A DNA stretch of 63,515 nt, filler included, from Choristocarpus tenellus KU-1152 (Eukaryota; Protista; Phaeophyceae), in assembly GCA_964200185.2 (NCBI GenBank). It is 10 parts of 10 records of this genome, joined end to end, with 100 filler letters (N's around TTAATTAATTAA, not from the genome) between each part and the next. Parts side by side here need not be neighbours in the genome. Positions count along the whole stretch, not along the records: positions 1 to 5,008 come from CAXNAD020012187.1; positions 5,109 to 8,763 come from CAXNAD020018697.1; positions 8,864 to 18,677 come from CAXNAD020003368.1; 7 more parts are not named here. One strand, written 5' to 3'. Shown here piece by piece: positions 1 to 13,530 of the stretch (position 1 is its first letter; each line of letters opens with the position of its first letter). The translations under genes were made by a program, and so were the position numbers. The notes under the pieces are model-generated. The model saw nothing but the letters and a program-made list of their open reading frames with translations, was not told the origin of the DNA and ran no database searches.

Positions 1-621
1 TGCACACGTGTACGTGCATGTGATCGCATGCAATGCAAACAGAAACTTCCGGAAGCTTGTATGCGCGCACGAAGACGAAGCGCAGAATAGCCCAAAAAAA
101 AAAAATCTGTTAAAAATTATTTTTTAAATGCGATTGACCAGATGCGGTTGATTCTAATCAGTGTCAGTTCACAAATCTTTGAACAATACAAGAATTTTGG
201 CATGTCAAGACTCCCTGTAAAATACGCACAACTTAAAGGGGAAGCAACTGAAACGTGAATATTATTAAACCTTACATATATATATATATTTAATGCAATT
301 GCAATGGTGAGTCAGTGGAATGCTCTCCCTACCCACAACAACCTCTTGACCACCTCAAAAAGAGGAGGGCACCAATCCTCTGGGTAATCAATACGCAATC
401 CACTTCTTACAAAAGAGTCAGCAAGAGGAAGAGAGCTTCAAACGCCCCCCCCCAAAAGGGAGGAGACAACATTCACGATAGGAAAAGGTATGCACTGCAG
501 AGATATTACACTACATGATAAAAGCAAGGGCTGAGCAATACGCCGACATCCCCTTAGCAAGAGAGAAGGAGATAAATACCATGTAAGGGGGGGAAGGGAA
601 AAGGATGAACATATCACTGGC

Positions 622-3266
622 CTGTCTTATATCGTTTCCATTGGCCTCCACCAGCATTTCTGCTGCATTGTCCTCAATCTCCAGACCTTCTCTAGCCGCC
701 ACTGCCTTGGCTCTTTTAATGATTGTTGCCTTCTGAGGACGAGAGAACCGGAGGTCATAGCAGTGATTCACAAGGGACCTGAGCCACCCCAACCAAGACC
801 AGGGCCCCAGGAGACACAAAACAACGTCATCATCAGCGCAACACACGAGAGGGTAGGGGAGGGGGAAGGAAGGGTATTATACATACCTCTAAAGAAGAAG
901 AAAATGAACTTACATAGGTACAGGACTCCACCCTTCAGTCAGCAGATCTCAATACACAATGTACAACACAATGCTTCAACCCAACAATACACTGTATTAT
1001 ACACACACATATAATTCAATATCTTCCTGAGCAAAAGCCTTCCTTCCTACTACCAATCCCCACAATCTTGCCTTATCTTCTGCGCCTGGCGATCATTACA
1101 GATAGCAATGATCGGCACCTTGCTCTTCTTTATCAGCAGAATGAGCTCCCCTATCCCCCCCCTGTCCGCCCCTCCCATCCCATCCACCTCATCCATCACC
1201 ACCAACTGATGCCTGAACCCCTTCCTCTGTCCCCCAGCCCCAGCCGCGTTCCCACTGCCACGACCACCTCCTCCAGAACCCCCCTTGGCACTGTCGAACC
1301 TTAAAACCTGGTTCCCAATCACTGTGGAAAGTTCAGACTCAAGAGATCGCTTGTTTCGAGTGTCACTGGCATTGAGTTCAGTCACATGGTAGCCAAGCTC
1401 ACGCGCAACTAGGCCAGCAGTGGAAGACTTTCCAACACCGGGGGGCCCAGAGAGGAGGGCGGCCCTGGCTCCTGGGTTGTCCTTCCCCTAATATGGGTTT
1501 GGCCGGGGGGGAGCAGGCGGGAAAGAAGATACAAAGTTGCTGTATAACAATAACAAAAAAACACACACACACACACACCAAAGTTGTCATGTGGGCTGTT
1601 GTTCCATTATTTAATAATGGCATTTTACTTTGTTTTGTTTTGTTTTCTGTGTGATGCGTCCCCTCCCTCGTATCAATTACCGGAGGATCTTTGCATAGAA
1701 TGTAAAAAACAATAAATATTTGGTGGCCTGCGAGTAATATCAGGGTTAGGGCAGGGGGGGCGGCGGCAAGTAAGAGGTTGTCATCATCAGTCACCACGAT
1801 GTGCATATAGCTCTAGAAGGGACAACAATTTGTGTCAAATCCTGTCCAAACAGTTGGGTCCCAAGAGAGGCGAGGCGAGGCAAGGCAAGGCAAGGCAAGG
1901 CAATAATTTAAACAGAAGGACAATTATAAGAAATTGTTTCTTATGTATTGTCACGGGCATGGAACACCAACGACTGCACCCCCGGAAAGAGAGTGGTGTA
2001 GTACTCCAGTAGAGTTCGTATACAAACAATACGAACAATACCAACAACACTAACAATAGAAACTAACAATAGAAGAAAATCGTAATTTCGATTCTGAATT
2101 CTTTTTATTTTCAGTCCTTACGGTGGGAGGCTTGCTGGTCTTCCGAAGATGCCACAAATCCCAGTTCTCCAGCCACACCTTCAGCTTCTTCACTTGTCCA
2201 CCATGCCCGATGAGGTCTTCAAGAGCACGAGGTTTGTACTTGTCCACCCACTGCTGCCCTGCCTCATCACAAGGTCCCTACAAAAATCGTGTTTTCAAAA
2301 AAAATTACAGTACCATTGGTGGAAGGAGGGGGGGGGGGGGAGTACTTGCACGTATGGCCAAGCACATCAAATGGAAAATGGCATACTGCGGTGGACTGGA
2401 GGATCACATATATATATATATGTGTATCATATGGATAGGTAGGTGAATGGGTCAGTACATGAGGCAAGTTTGCTTGTGTGCTTGTGGCACTTCACAGCGA
2501 TTTTCACCTCATATGGGAGTTCTTACACCAAAGTGTGACCCACCAGAAAAAAAGGTTGAAAAGGATTTTGTTTGATAGCCGAGGGAATGTGTAGAAACAC
2601 ATGCTTAGTTCTCCATTTTATGAGTGCCACTGTGAAGTGTACACGCCTTCCATATCCTGGAAATTTGTACTCCTTACATACTGCAACGTATTCGTATAAC
2701 ACGGCATTAAATTGTGCTCATCGCATCACCATGACAGGCGACAGGTCCAAAATATTGACATTCTATCAAATACACTCTCTGCAAGTAGCCACCCCAACAA
2801 GAGACTGCACAATCAATCCGACGTCGATATTGGGTTACACCAATGACTCTTTCCATGTACGATTGTAGCAAAGCATAGATAGCACCCGGTGAAGTATAGA
2901 GATGCAGGTATTACTACTAACAAAAAAACACTGTTGATTAAAAAAAATGGTCTGGAGCCATCTGCAACTTCTCAACACAAAATTAGCACCTGCAAAGAGC
3001 ACCTGCAAAACCCAGCAGCGATCTCATCTCGCCACTTGTGTACTTCTATTCACCCTTAGGTTCACTTAAAGAAATTGAGGACAGGTGTGTTCGAAGGGGG
3101 GAGGCTGGTTCACCTTCGAAGCAGGCTGGGCACTGCCACTTGCCACCTTGCCCTTGCTCTTGGCCGGGGCAGATTGTGGGTTGGATGCAGCTACCGCATT
3201 CTTGGTGTTAAAAGAACCGTAAGGGTTCACAACATTTTTTTGTCCAGCTGATCCAGGAGCAGGGGT
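622..3266 (-). CDS. RFC1: Replication factor C subunit 1 (large clamp-loader subunit), partial; exons 3114-3266, 2122-2277, 1072-1487, 622-778
   Basis: Spliced translation gives WVDKYKP, Walker A (AALLSGPPGVGKSS), ELNASDTRNK, Walker B (VMDEVDGMGGADRGG), PIIAICNDR...KIRSLVNHCYDLRF and GNDIRQ, all RFC1 motifs. Exon phases are compatible (0,0,2). The N-terminal and C-terminal exons were not found on this contig. Confidence 0.93.
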
Positions 3267-3417
3267 CTAAGAGTCATCAGCAAAGCATCAGGACAAAGGC
3301 AGCATTGAGGAGGGGAGGGAAAGGGCAAGGAGAGCAAGGGAGAGGAGGGGGGGGCAGAGCGAGAGAGATGCTACACTCCACCAGAACAAACCATATTACA
3401 TACAAATATCTTAGTGG

Positions 3418-3463
3418 GTAGTGGTGATGCACTAAAGGTGTAGTGGTGATGCACTAAAGGTGT
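3418..3463. repeat. 22-bp tandem duplication (GTAGTGGTGATGCACTAAAGGT x2)
   Basis: Direct read of the sequence, in an RFC1 intron. Confidence 0.85.
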
Positions 3464-4362
3464 AGATGATGGGCAGCTAACTTAGAGTTGTCATAGGACA
3501 GGAAAAAAGAGTCCTCCCTCGTTCATCTCTCGCCCTAACCCTAACTCAAACTTGAACATTAAAGCTAGAGTACATACACCAGTTGCCCTTTTACCACAAC
3601 CCAGTCTACAACCCCAAATATCAACTACAATAACCAAAAACCTTATCACATGATCACGTCCTACTAACCCAAACAAAACTTACCAACACCTCCAACACAC
3701 CTGCCCAATGATATCTCTCTCTTTCTCAATAACACACACACACAACTAACACAAGTATCCAGCCCTTCAAGTCACCATTCTCCCTCTCTCACCTCAAAGA
3801 AACTCCACCCCCACCCCCAAGCCAACCACCACTCTGTCCAAACACTACCCAGAGTAACATAGTGAACTACTCCTCCCAAACTCTTGTTCTCTACTTGACT
3901 TCTTTCAGACATATGATCTGACGCTCAGAAAAAAATTAAAAACTAGATAATTTCGCAGGACAAAAGTAGCTAGTAACAGTAAGGTGTGTAAGACAAGGTT
4001 AGGTCTAAGTCAGCAACACAGTATGACCAAGAATGAAACTGTTTACAGCAAGTGTGAAATCCATTGAATCATTTTTGGGGTAAAACATATCGCGTTACAC
4101 CACTCTGTCCACCTCTGATTCAAGCTGGGCAGAAATAACAAAATTTCCAGGTAAGTAGGCAGGTCCCCCACTAAACACCCCCAATTCAAAACACCCACCG
4201 ACTTTGTGAACCAAAGCTGTGGACAGACAATAGTGGACAGTTATTTCCTCCCATCAACAACCCTAACCCTAAAATCGTAACACTGATAGTCCTGGACCGT
4301 CCATCAATGAGCGCTCTATACTTTGAACTGGGGTAAAAATACACCAATTTAGCTTCATTTTA

Positions 4363-4530
4363 TTTTCACTGACCGACACCAGTCTCAAAAAAAGAAATCT
4401 CACTATATATCTTCAGTCATTTTTTTTTTTCCCCCTGACCAAACATTGACCTCAAAAAAAAAAATCCAACTATACCTTTGACCCTCAATTAAAATTTCAC
4501 TGACCAAACACCGGCATCAAAAAAAAGAAA
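4363..4530. repeat. Degenerate ~65-bp tandem repeat, about 3 units (CTGACC..ACA...TCAAAAAAA)
   Basis: Motif recurs at about 4368, 4435 and 4500. Confidence 0.6.
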
Positions 4531-5008
4531 CAGTCATCTTCCACAAGGGTATACAATATACCTAAAGTCCTAAAAAGGCCTATCCCACCAAACCATGCGA
4601 GACGATACAAAGCATGGTACACTTTTAAAAAAAGGGACAAACAAAAAAATAAAGTACCACTGATAAATAACTGATCCACTGATTCCACTGCACACTGATT
4701 CCATAGCACCACCGAGTGAGCGAACACCAGGTGGCTAGACACACCAAACAGTACCATCGCGTAGTGCAGAGTGTGCTGTAGCACACAGCATCAAAACCCA
4801 GGAAAAAAAGAAAAACTAAGAGTGGTGTAGCACAGACAAACAACCCCAGCAATGAGAGCTTCCCACAAAGTATACTCCCCCCCCCCACATCTTTGCTCGC
4901 AGCGATCGGCATTCTATTTTTTTTTTTGTTTTTTTTTTTATTTCCATAGTTCTATCCGAACGCCACAAATCACTTTCTTCGGGATTGACCCATACGGATT
5001 TACCTCCT

Positions 5009-5108
5009 NNNNNNNNNNNNNNNNNNNNNNNNNNNNNNNNNNNNNNNNNNNNTTAATTAATTAANNNNNNNNNNNNNNNNNNNNNNNNNNNNNNNNNNNN
5101 NNNNNNNN
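5009..5108. other. Artificial contig linker (44N-TTAATTAATTAA-44N). Identical linkers at 8764-8863, 18678-18777, 23599-23698, 35084-35183, 48307-48406, 50987-51086, 54324-54423 and 57815-57914; separate 10-N gap at 27781-27790
   Basis: Nine identical 100-nt spacers whose core puts stop codons in all six frames. Confidence 0.98.
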
Positions 5109-6749
5109 GTGAAAGAGTTCATTCCGGTGATTGTGATTGCCCCCTTGAGCAGAGAACTTGGCACCTTTGACACTTTCACATTATATACATTTTAAACCAC
5201 CACCTATGTATGCCTCCTCAGATTCTGACAAATGTTTGCACACCTATACATCTTCTTCATGATTTCGAACCAAGAAAGTTCAGAGAATATTTGAATGAGT
5301 ACTATTTTATATGTACATACTACTGGAATATAACTCAACCTTGAACATACATTTTTTATCGCAAACTAGTTCAACATATAGTGTACACGGTCCATACATC
5401 CCAGAAAAAAGTTAGACTGACCCACTGCCCAATATGAACCGGTAAAATTTACCAGTTCATAAGTTCGGACATGGTAGATAATCCTAGAACCGGTCCGGTG
5501 GCTGGACATGGACCAGTATAATACCCGATAGACACGGTCTAATGTGTTAAAGAATGTTTGGCGGAATCTGGGAGGTGGATATGGACCGACTCAACACCCA
5601 GTGGACATGGACCAGGACATTTTTAAAAATTGTGGGACTGGTCCACCAGCAGACGGGACCATTATAGTTTGCTGGGCAGGTGAAAAACTGTGTTTGGTTG
5701 TTAATCCACTGGTCGGAACAAAGTGAGCTACTCTTGTCGAGGAAGGTGATCTTTATCTAAACAATATTGTCATCCATCCGTTAGTAGCAATTTCTTCCTT
5801 TTGACTGTTGACTCTAGATAATACTTGGTATTGTACTGATAACTCACTCTTTGTCATGTGTATTACTTTTTCCTACACACAACTTATTGTCATGTTCTTC
5901 GCTAGAACGTACAATACCAATTATGCCATTCACACTATCACACGAAGTGTGAATAGCACAAAACACAAACCATATTTGGACCAGATCTAGCAGAAGGTTC
6001 GAGGGCGGAGCTGAAGTATCAAGTAGTAGGAGTGCTTAACCCAATGCGCTTGAAGAAAGGCGATAACGAAGGCAGTACAGTTTGTCGTGGTGCAACAGTT
6101 AGGCAGTAGATAGTATAAGAAATGGTGTAGTATAGTGTCGGTTGCTTCTGGCCACGGGTCAGGATCATCCACGACTAGTGTGCGATATTAGCTATCACAG
6201 CTTCCTTAGAATGCCATCCGGCCGTGGACCCTGTTGTGTAGTTAGCCACACACTTATACCACTCTTGTTATTTGGTGACTCCCATGCTCTAACCCTCAAC
6301 TCCAATCCGAAACTTGTGGAGGTCATGTTCGAGACATGTCATCAGTTCTTCTCTTGTCCACCTCACTTCCGTTTGCCATTCACAAGTTCCCCAAACAATA
6401 TCTTGGGAAGTCACTCATCCCCCTTGCTATCAAATGACACAGAAAATAGGAGTCCCCTTGCACATCGTTTCCTCGATACTCTCACACCCGGTACCATACA
6501 TGAAACCAAAGATGTAAAATACGCATGTGTAACTTAGTTTTGATCTTACTGTTGTACTTGCGCTTGTCCTAATTATTCAGTGATTGAGGGGACGGAAACC
6601 TGCACGAATTTAGCGGAAGGTAGATCTGTACCTTACGAACCTACAGAAACCCCCAACAAGGGAAAGGCGGAAATATGTAGATCGTGGCGGAGCTACAAGC
6701 AGTAAGTAGGATGGCTGAGCCCAATCCCAAAGAAACGTCGAGCATTGCA

Positions 6750-8430
6750 GGGGCCATAAGTTTTTGTGCAGCGAAACATCTGGTTCTCGCCGAGCAAGAA
6801 CGGCCGCGAATCGGACGATAACCCCACAGAATGAAATCGGGTTGACACTCTCAGCTTTCAGAAACGGTGGGGATCGAGGATCGCCAAGTACAAACTCGAG
6901 GTGCTTCAAGCCGTCAAAGTAGGGATCTTTTGGGGTGATTTTGAGACCAGAACTGGGCATGTCAAGGGTCAGAACGTCGGCATAAGGCAACCCCCCCGTT
7001 GACCCCCCCACGTAGGAAGGGTGCCCCAAGTATCCCTGAATACCAGGGTTGCGCTTCCTGTGCGGCACGCCCTCGCCATGGTCCCTGGTTTGCGTAAACT
7101 GCTGTGACACATTGGGCCGACCCTCGCAGCGGAGTTTGGAGTGTCTGAGCATTACATACGAGGGCTCTGGGATGACGTCGCCAATCAGCTCGCCCATGGC
7201 CAAACCCTTGACCTAGGGGTGGCGGCACATAGTGGGCGGCCTTCGGAGCTCACATCGACCATGATGGTCGCAATAAATAGTATCAACTCCGATAATTGGT
7301 CATCCACAGTGCGTCAGGTAACAATGAAGATGGCTGCCAAGGGGCTGAATTATACCGCGAGCACAATAAACAGGTAGTTGTACGATATGGGGGCCATGCC
7401 GAATCGCCTCTAGATCAAACCCAAGCTTAAATCGTTGCAAGATGTATCGAGAATAGACTTTGTTTGCGATCAAGTGGACTGGAAACGTGGTGTGTACACC
7501 TCTATAGCGAACACGATCCATGTTTTACATGATGATGGCTGATGGGGAAAGGGTTAGGGTATTTCCGCAGGAGGATGATAGCGACCTTCCAGGGTCCCCT
7601 ACTGTGCAGCACAAGAGTCATATCCCCAAAACCATGATCATTGCAGCCAACGCCCGCTCAAATTCGGCGCACAGCTTTGATGGGAAGCTTTATGTTTAGC
7701 GTGTGTGTGAGCCAAAAACGGCAGACAGCACAAGCAAGAACCATAAAGAGGGGGATGTGTATTAGCAAGACTGTACTTTAGACCGTTTATGGTATAGGAG
7801 GTGATACACGGAGGAGTTACTGCCTGCAATCAAGACCAAGATGCCTTGGTTGCAGGGGAAACACGTTGTCATTCAGTAGGACGGTGCCACCCCCCACACG
7901 GGCAAAGGCAACTCAGAAATCTTGTGAGGGGCAGGTGAGACTGAGGGGTGGTCGATTAGGGTTGTGACATAGCCATCTAACTCCCCCGACCTCAATATCA
8001 TGGACCTTTGCCTCTTCAAGTCTTTGAAATGCCGGGTGATGGGGGAGCGGTTTGGGTCTGTTGAGGAGATGGTGAAGATCATTATGAACAGTATGAGGAG
8101 TATGATAAAAGAAACCACACTTGAGAGGACTTGGCAGCTCCTTTTTGTGGTGTACAATCAGGTACTTAGATACAAAGGGGGGAATGACTTCACAGTGTGG
8201 AGCACACAAGAGTAAGGAAGAGGCAGTTGTCTGGTGACCTTGAAAACATGCCGAAGGTAGACATGGAGGCTTTTTCTGTGACAGATAAAATCGTGTGATG
8301 GATGGAAAGTAATAATAACAAAAGGAGCTGACCCTAACCAGAAGTATTCCAAATCTTCTTTCGGAAATGAATTTCATCATCTTCAAACGCTATGTACAAC
8401 GCGGCACAGACTTATGGCATGGAGGTAGTA
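6750..8430 (+). mobile_element. Decayed Tc1/mariner transposon, family A, copy 1 (plant/oomycete-type mariner, D40D spacing)
   Basis: Q*DGATPH...T*PSNSPDLNIMDLCLFKSL at about 7873-8030 with several stops and frameshifts; colinear with the inverted copy at 46534-48306. Termini eroded, so ends are approximate. Confidence 0.85.
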
Positions 8431-10289
8431 TGTATGTATTATGTATGTATGTGTGAGTGCATACGTGTGTGTGTGTGTGTTTGTGCTCATGCCCGTGAAA
8501 GCAAGCAATCAATAAGAAGCCTACCATTCATTGCTAAGAAACTATATGGAAACCTGAATGGCAAACTGCGAGGTGCAGTCATTCAGCATAGTCTCAAATT
8601 TCTCTGTTCCCCCAGGGTGTGCCCAGTGCTTTCCCTCAATAATACACTACTATGCTCTTACGCGGGAAGACAAGCCGTTCCCTTACCATGTTCAGAATCA
8701 GAAACAAAGTAGATTCCACAAAAACGAATACAGTCGGACCCAAAGTAACTGGGGGGGGGGGGGNNNNNNNNNNNNNNNNNNNNNNNNNNNNNNNNNNNNN
8801 NNNNNNNTTAATTAATTAANNNNNNNNNNNNNNNNNNNNNNNNNNNNNNNNNNNNNNNNNNNNGACGCCCCCTCACAAACCATCCTCCCCCCCAAGATAC
8901 TTTAACCCTTGTACCTCCATGCGCTTCATATGCTGCCCTGTCCTCTTATGATCTCTGTTGCTTCCATGGCGACCCCATGTCATGTTACCTCTTCCCCTCA
9001 GAATACTGCACTATTACTCTACTGTGACGCCACCAAGAAATCCCCCACAATCTCAATACTCACGATCTTCAAAACCTTCCTCTTTTCAACCAGGGGTCTG
9101 TAATGACGTTTCAACGATGACAATCACATTTTGTTTATTCTCAAGAATTCTGGCTGTGTATACCATAATATCAAGACTAATTCAATGAGTCCCAACCCAC
9201 CACCCGTCAACACCCTGAAGGCTGCCTGACTGACTTCATGTCCTTCGAGTTCGGTTTCTTTTGGTGTGGAGGACCTCCCCAGCCCCTCTCAAAGACAAAA
9301 ACCAACCCAACCACATCACAAACAGAACTAAAAAATACAATCTAAATGACCAAATCGACAAATCGATCAAGTCAAGCACCACACATAACAACAATGCCCC
9401 TCCCTCTCCCCCTTCTTGAGCAACAGGGAGGGTGAGAGGGAAAGTTGCTCAATGGTGACTATCCTCCACCAATTTACTTTTGTACCTGTTCCCTCTCAAT
9501 ACCAGCCTGCCCTCCTCTCATGATATCTTGTCCTTTGTTTGACCAATCCGTGCCATACCTACCACTACCAAACTCCTCTACGATGATGACATGAATTCCC
9601 CTGCAATAGCAAAACCCAAGTTCTTCAAACCTTCCCCTACTTTGAGGGGTCCAAGACTAGTGGCGAAAAGGCAGTAATTGAAAAACAATACACGTACACT
9701 TTAGAGATACAAATAAGATAGTCTTCGAAGAATTATATGAAGAAAGCGGCAAAAGGAGAAGGAAAAAGAGAATAAATCCAACAACAGCAATAAAGATAAA
9801 CCCAGTTAAAATCACTGATGCCTTGGAACTTGGAGTAGGACATGATAAGCGTTTTCACACATCACCAGGTCATATGGGAAACAGGGAGGAAACAGAAGAA
9901 ATTTCGGTGGCACACTTATTCCATCCAATCCGAAACACATTTGATCCTGTATCACACAAAGGAAAGAGGAACGCAAAGATAATCAGCCCCAAAAGAGAGG
10001 GCAATGAGAAAAGCCGCAGACAGCAGCAGTGGGTGAGCACGTACCCTGTTCACCTTGGGCAGCCTCAGATTCTGCTTCAGGGCTGCAGTAGCCCAGAGTG
10101 GGGTGTTGTTGAGCGCAAGGAACCTCCGTGACTGCCTTCCGGTAGATCTGCTCCTAGCACTCTGGAGGGCGGTTTTGATCATATTGTGTGGACGAACATT
10201 TGTCTCCTCTTGTCTTGCCACAGCCTCATCATGCGGGTCAGTCACAATTCAGGCATGGAGATGGAATGTCAGGCAGAACATTTAACCCC

Positions 10290-11500
10290 CCCCCTCCAGG
10301 ATATCACTATATAGTATGACTCTTAGCATGACATACGTCAGCTATCACAGCCTCCCTGGAACTCCACTAACACTTGAAGCTCTCTCTGTGGCTTCAACAA
10401 CACATTCGTACCTGTGTTAATTTGTTGTCCCCCCTCCAGCATAATCCTAAACTTCTCATACCCGTTTTCGAAATCCAATGCAGCGCAGAAGGGATTTGTG
10501 ATGATGAGGGCGAAGCTTTACACTTTGAACCTGGCGGAGTGTCCATGTTTACTATGCAACCATATAAAGCAGGATGTCAAGCACTTCTGCCTTTGACATT
10601 TTAGTCTTCGGTTCAAGTGATCCACGTGTGGTTCTGTCAGAAAGCACTTGGATGTGTAACCTCGGATTTCTTAACCCATCGACTGATCTCCACGGTGATG
10701 CCAGCATCATAAACGATAGTGCCTCCAAGGTAAACGGACTTTAAAACTTGCCAGTCTACCTGTACCTCTGGTCTAATGTTGGGACCTGTGTTGAAAGCAC
10801 ACGTTCTCCGTCTTCAATTCCGACACAGTCAGCCCAAATGACCTTGCTACCTTCACAGTCACTGTCATTATCCTGGCCAGACTTTCTGGTGCCCTAGGTC
10901 CAATGTCCACATCCGCAGTATAAGGCGTACCTACATGCGCCCCTTCAGCGTTACCTCACTCCCTGCCACTCTGTTTCGTCTGGCCTAGTTGTTTTTTGTA
11001 GCTCCCTTCATGACAACAAAGTCCTTGAGGATCACCTTCTCACAGCCTCGAAACTCGCCCAGCATAGCAAACTGGAGATCGCGGTAAAAGGGGTCATATG
11101 CTCTTTGTTGGTCAATTGAACACATAAACAGAGGCACACGATTCTCCTGATCCAGCCAGCTCCTGGAGGCACGTAGGGTATCCATCATGCCCATTGTGGA
11201 GGATGGGGACCGAAACCCGCACTGCTCGTTGTGGGAAATGTTCTCTCGTTGCAGCTAAACCACGACTCACTTTGCCAGTATCTGCCATCAACCACATGGT
11301 CCTGTAGTTACCATAATCCGTCCGATCCTTCTACGGACCACTTGATAACTGCATCCTCCCTACCTGTGACACATCTTACTGCCTGATCACACACAACCAA
11401 CAAAATGTTGTGGAAACTCTTAAGAGAATATCGTCCACGTCGATGCCAAGTTTCAGGATCTCAAATGGGAGATCACCTAGTTCCATCGCCTTCCCATTAT
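10290..11500 (-). mobile_element. Decayed non-LTR retrotransposon (RTE-like LINE), RT and C-terminal region
   Basis: Fragments NYRT.WL.A.TGKV, VPLFMCSIDQQRAYD (cf. FIDLxKAYD), KAEVLDILLY, TWTL and HHKSLLRCIGF across shifted frames. Confidence 0.75.
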
Positions 11501-13466
11501 CATACCCCAGGTTGCTTCGGTCACTTTCACCAGTGTTGATGCATCAGGCAGTGTCATGCAAGTGGATCGCTAGTCCACGGGGCTTAAGTACATTGGATTT
11601 GACCTTGGCCGACTCGTCATGTAGGACACTATGTTAGCAACAATTCATAGTGCCAACCCCCCACTCTTCTTATTCACACTTGCTCCATTGAAAACTTTTA
11701 GTTCTAGTACAGAGCAGAAACCTCCGATCTTTCATGAATATGGTTTAGGACTAAGAGGTCATATGATGCTACTGGAATACTATAATTATCCAAAGTATAT
11801 GATCATATGTGAGGTATCATCTCCCCTGAGAGGATATTCTGGAAAGAGTGTCGACATCTGGATGTGGACCAACAATCCATGATATTTGTAAGCTGAGTTA
11901 ATGACAAAAGAAGCACACACCCTCCAACCCATCTCGATACTATTCAGACCAAATATATTCCTTTCATTGTCGCAAAACATTTGAATCTTCCCGTCGGTCA
12001 TAAAAATATCCTAAGATGCGATAAAAGCTGAAAGATGGAAAGCGATGCATCTTACAAAGTCACCCATGGTCGATCTCTACGAATCTATATTATCTCAATC
12101 CTACACCTATTATTTGAATTGATACAATTCGGTAGTATCGCGATAAATCGAAACCGAAATTCAAGAGGCCGATTTTTTGGTTATTCCCTTTATTATACTT
12201 CTCACCCTACCATATCATTTACCCTTTTATTATGTGTGTTGTTGTATGAAGTAGTGTCCACACCAGAAAGTCACGAAACATTTCGATGAGTGCATTACGA
12301 TCCATCAGTATACTTTGAACACACTCTGAGGACAGAAAGGAGAACACCTACAGGGTGAGGAAGACTTGGACCCATCTGCCTGATTTAGCATGTTATGTGT
12401 ACTATTATGTGGAGAATGGCACCACAGAAATGGCACCACAGAAGGTGAAAGGTGGGATAAAAAAAATAAGACCCTGATATGTGACCTAGGTTGAGCTGAT
12501 GGCTGACCTCCAGTGACATCACAAATCAATTGACAACTGACAAATCACCTCATCGATCAGACCCATTTTAAAACTTTCTTTGCTATCCTGCCACAGGTAG
12601 TGGAAAGTGACATCGCTACTCATCAAGCCCATCATGGATACTGAGAAAGAACCTCAAGGGCAGCACCTATCTATACACACGTGACAGTTATCTCTAATCA
12701 TCCCTCCCTAATCTGGAACATGTACATGGAGCTTCAGGATGCAGCACAAACCTGCAATACTTTTTAGAAGACACCACAGATGGCGAATAGATAGATGGAA
12801 GCAAATAATGTTGTGTGTAGGTGCGCTAAGGTATGTAGGTCCTAACTACATATTTATATAATGGTATCTCGATAACCTTCCACCACTTTTTCTTCCGGAA
12901 AAAATGACATTGTGAAGACTCTCGATTATCACATCAAGTACTGGATCAGTAGAGAGGATGAAAGTAGAGGCAGAGTACCTCGAAAAAAATCATCTCTAGT
13001 AGGGGGGTTGATGTATAAGAAGAGGTACTTTGGAAGTACAATATTTATGTTTGGGTCATGACTCGATACTTGTCCAGTATATCAATTTATCTTGGAATCG
13101 ATTTGATATATTCCAGGGGGTAGACCCTTTTAAGGCATTTTCCACGACAAAAATCTAATAGTGCCTCTGATACACTGTGTCCACTGAACATATTCGATGT
13201 AGGAAACAAGAATTTTCCTACTTTGTCAGGTGTTGATGGAAATATAGGAAACATAAGTGTTATCTCACGATTTAGAGTCTGACATAACTTACAATAATGT
13301 GTACTTTTCTGACAAGTGAATAGTTTTTCTTTGGTTTTTCCCCTGACACGTGTATAGATCAATATAAAATAATGGGTACTCACTCTCCAACCTACCGCCA
13401 TAACTCGGAACTCCTAGAATAATGATTTAAAGTGGACCCAAATATAGTTGATCATTTCAAATAGGT

Positions 13467-13530
13467 TGTAGTAGTAGTAGTAGTGGTAGTAGTGGTAGTA
13501 GTAGTAGCAGTAATAGTAATAGTGTAGTAG
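13467..13530. repeat. (AGT)n microsatellite, imperfect
   Basis: Direct read. Confidence 0.85.

Noticed and set aside
5053-5064. Recurrent palindrome TTAATTAATTAA at regular structure, superficially like a repeat array or recombination site
   Set aside because: Always centred in 88 Ns; it is an artificial six-frame-stop linker. ORFs running into it (ending LIN or XXX) are artefacts.
6610-7203. 197-aa minus-strand ORF with a homologue at 47810-48121, looking like a conserved gene
   Set aside because: Both are antisense to the 5' part of mariner family A; the similarity comes from the TE copies.
8909-9600. Chain of minus-strand micro-exons (GIHVIIVEEFG / SSTPKKPNSKDMK / PLVEKRKVLKI)
   Set aside because: Phases do not join consistently through all pieces and one acceptor is weak; cannot be supported without transcripts.
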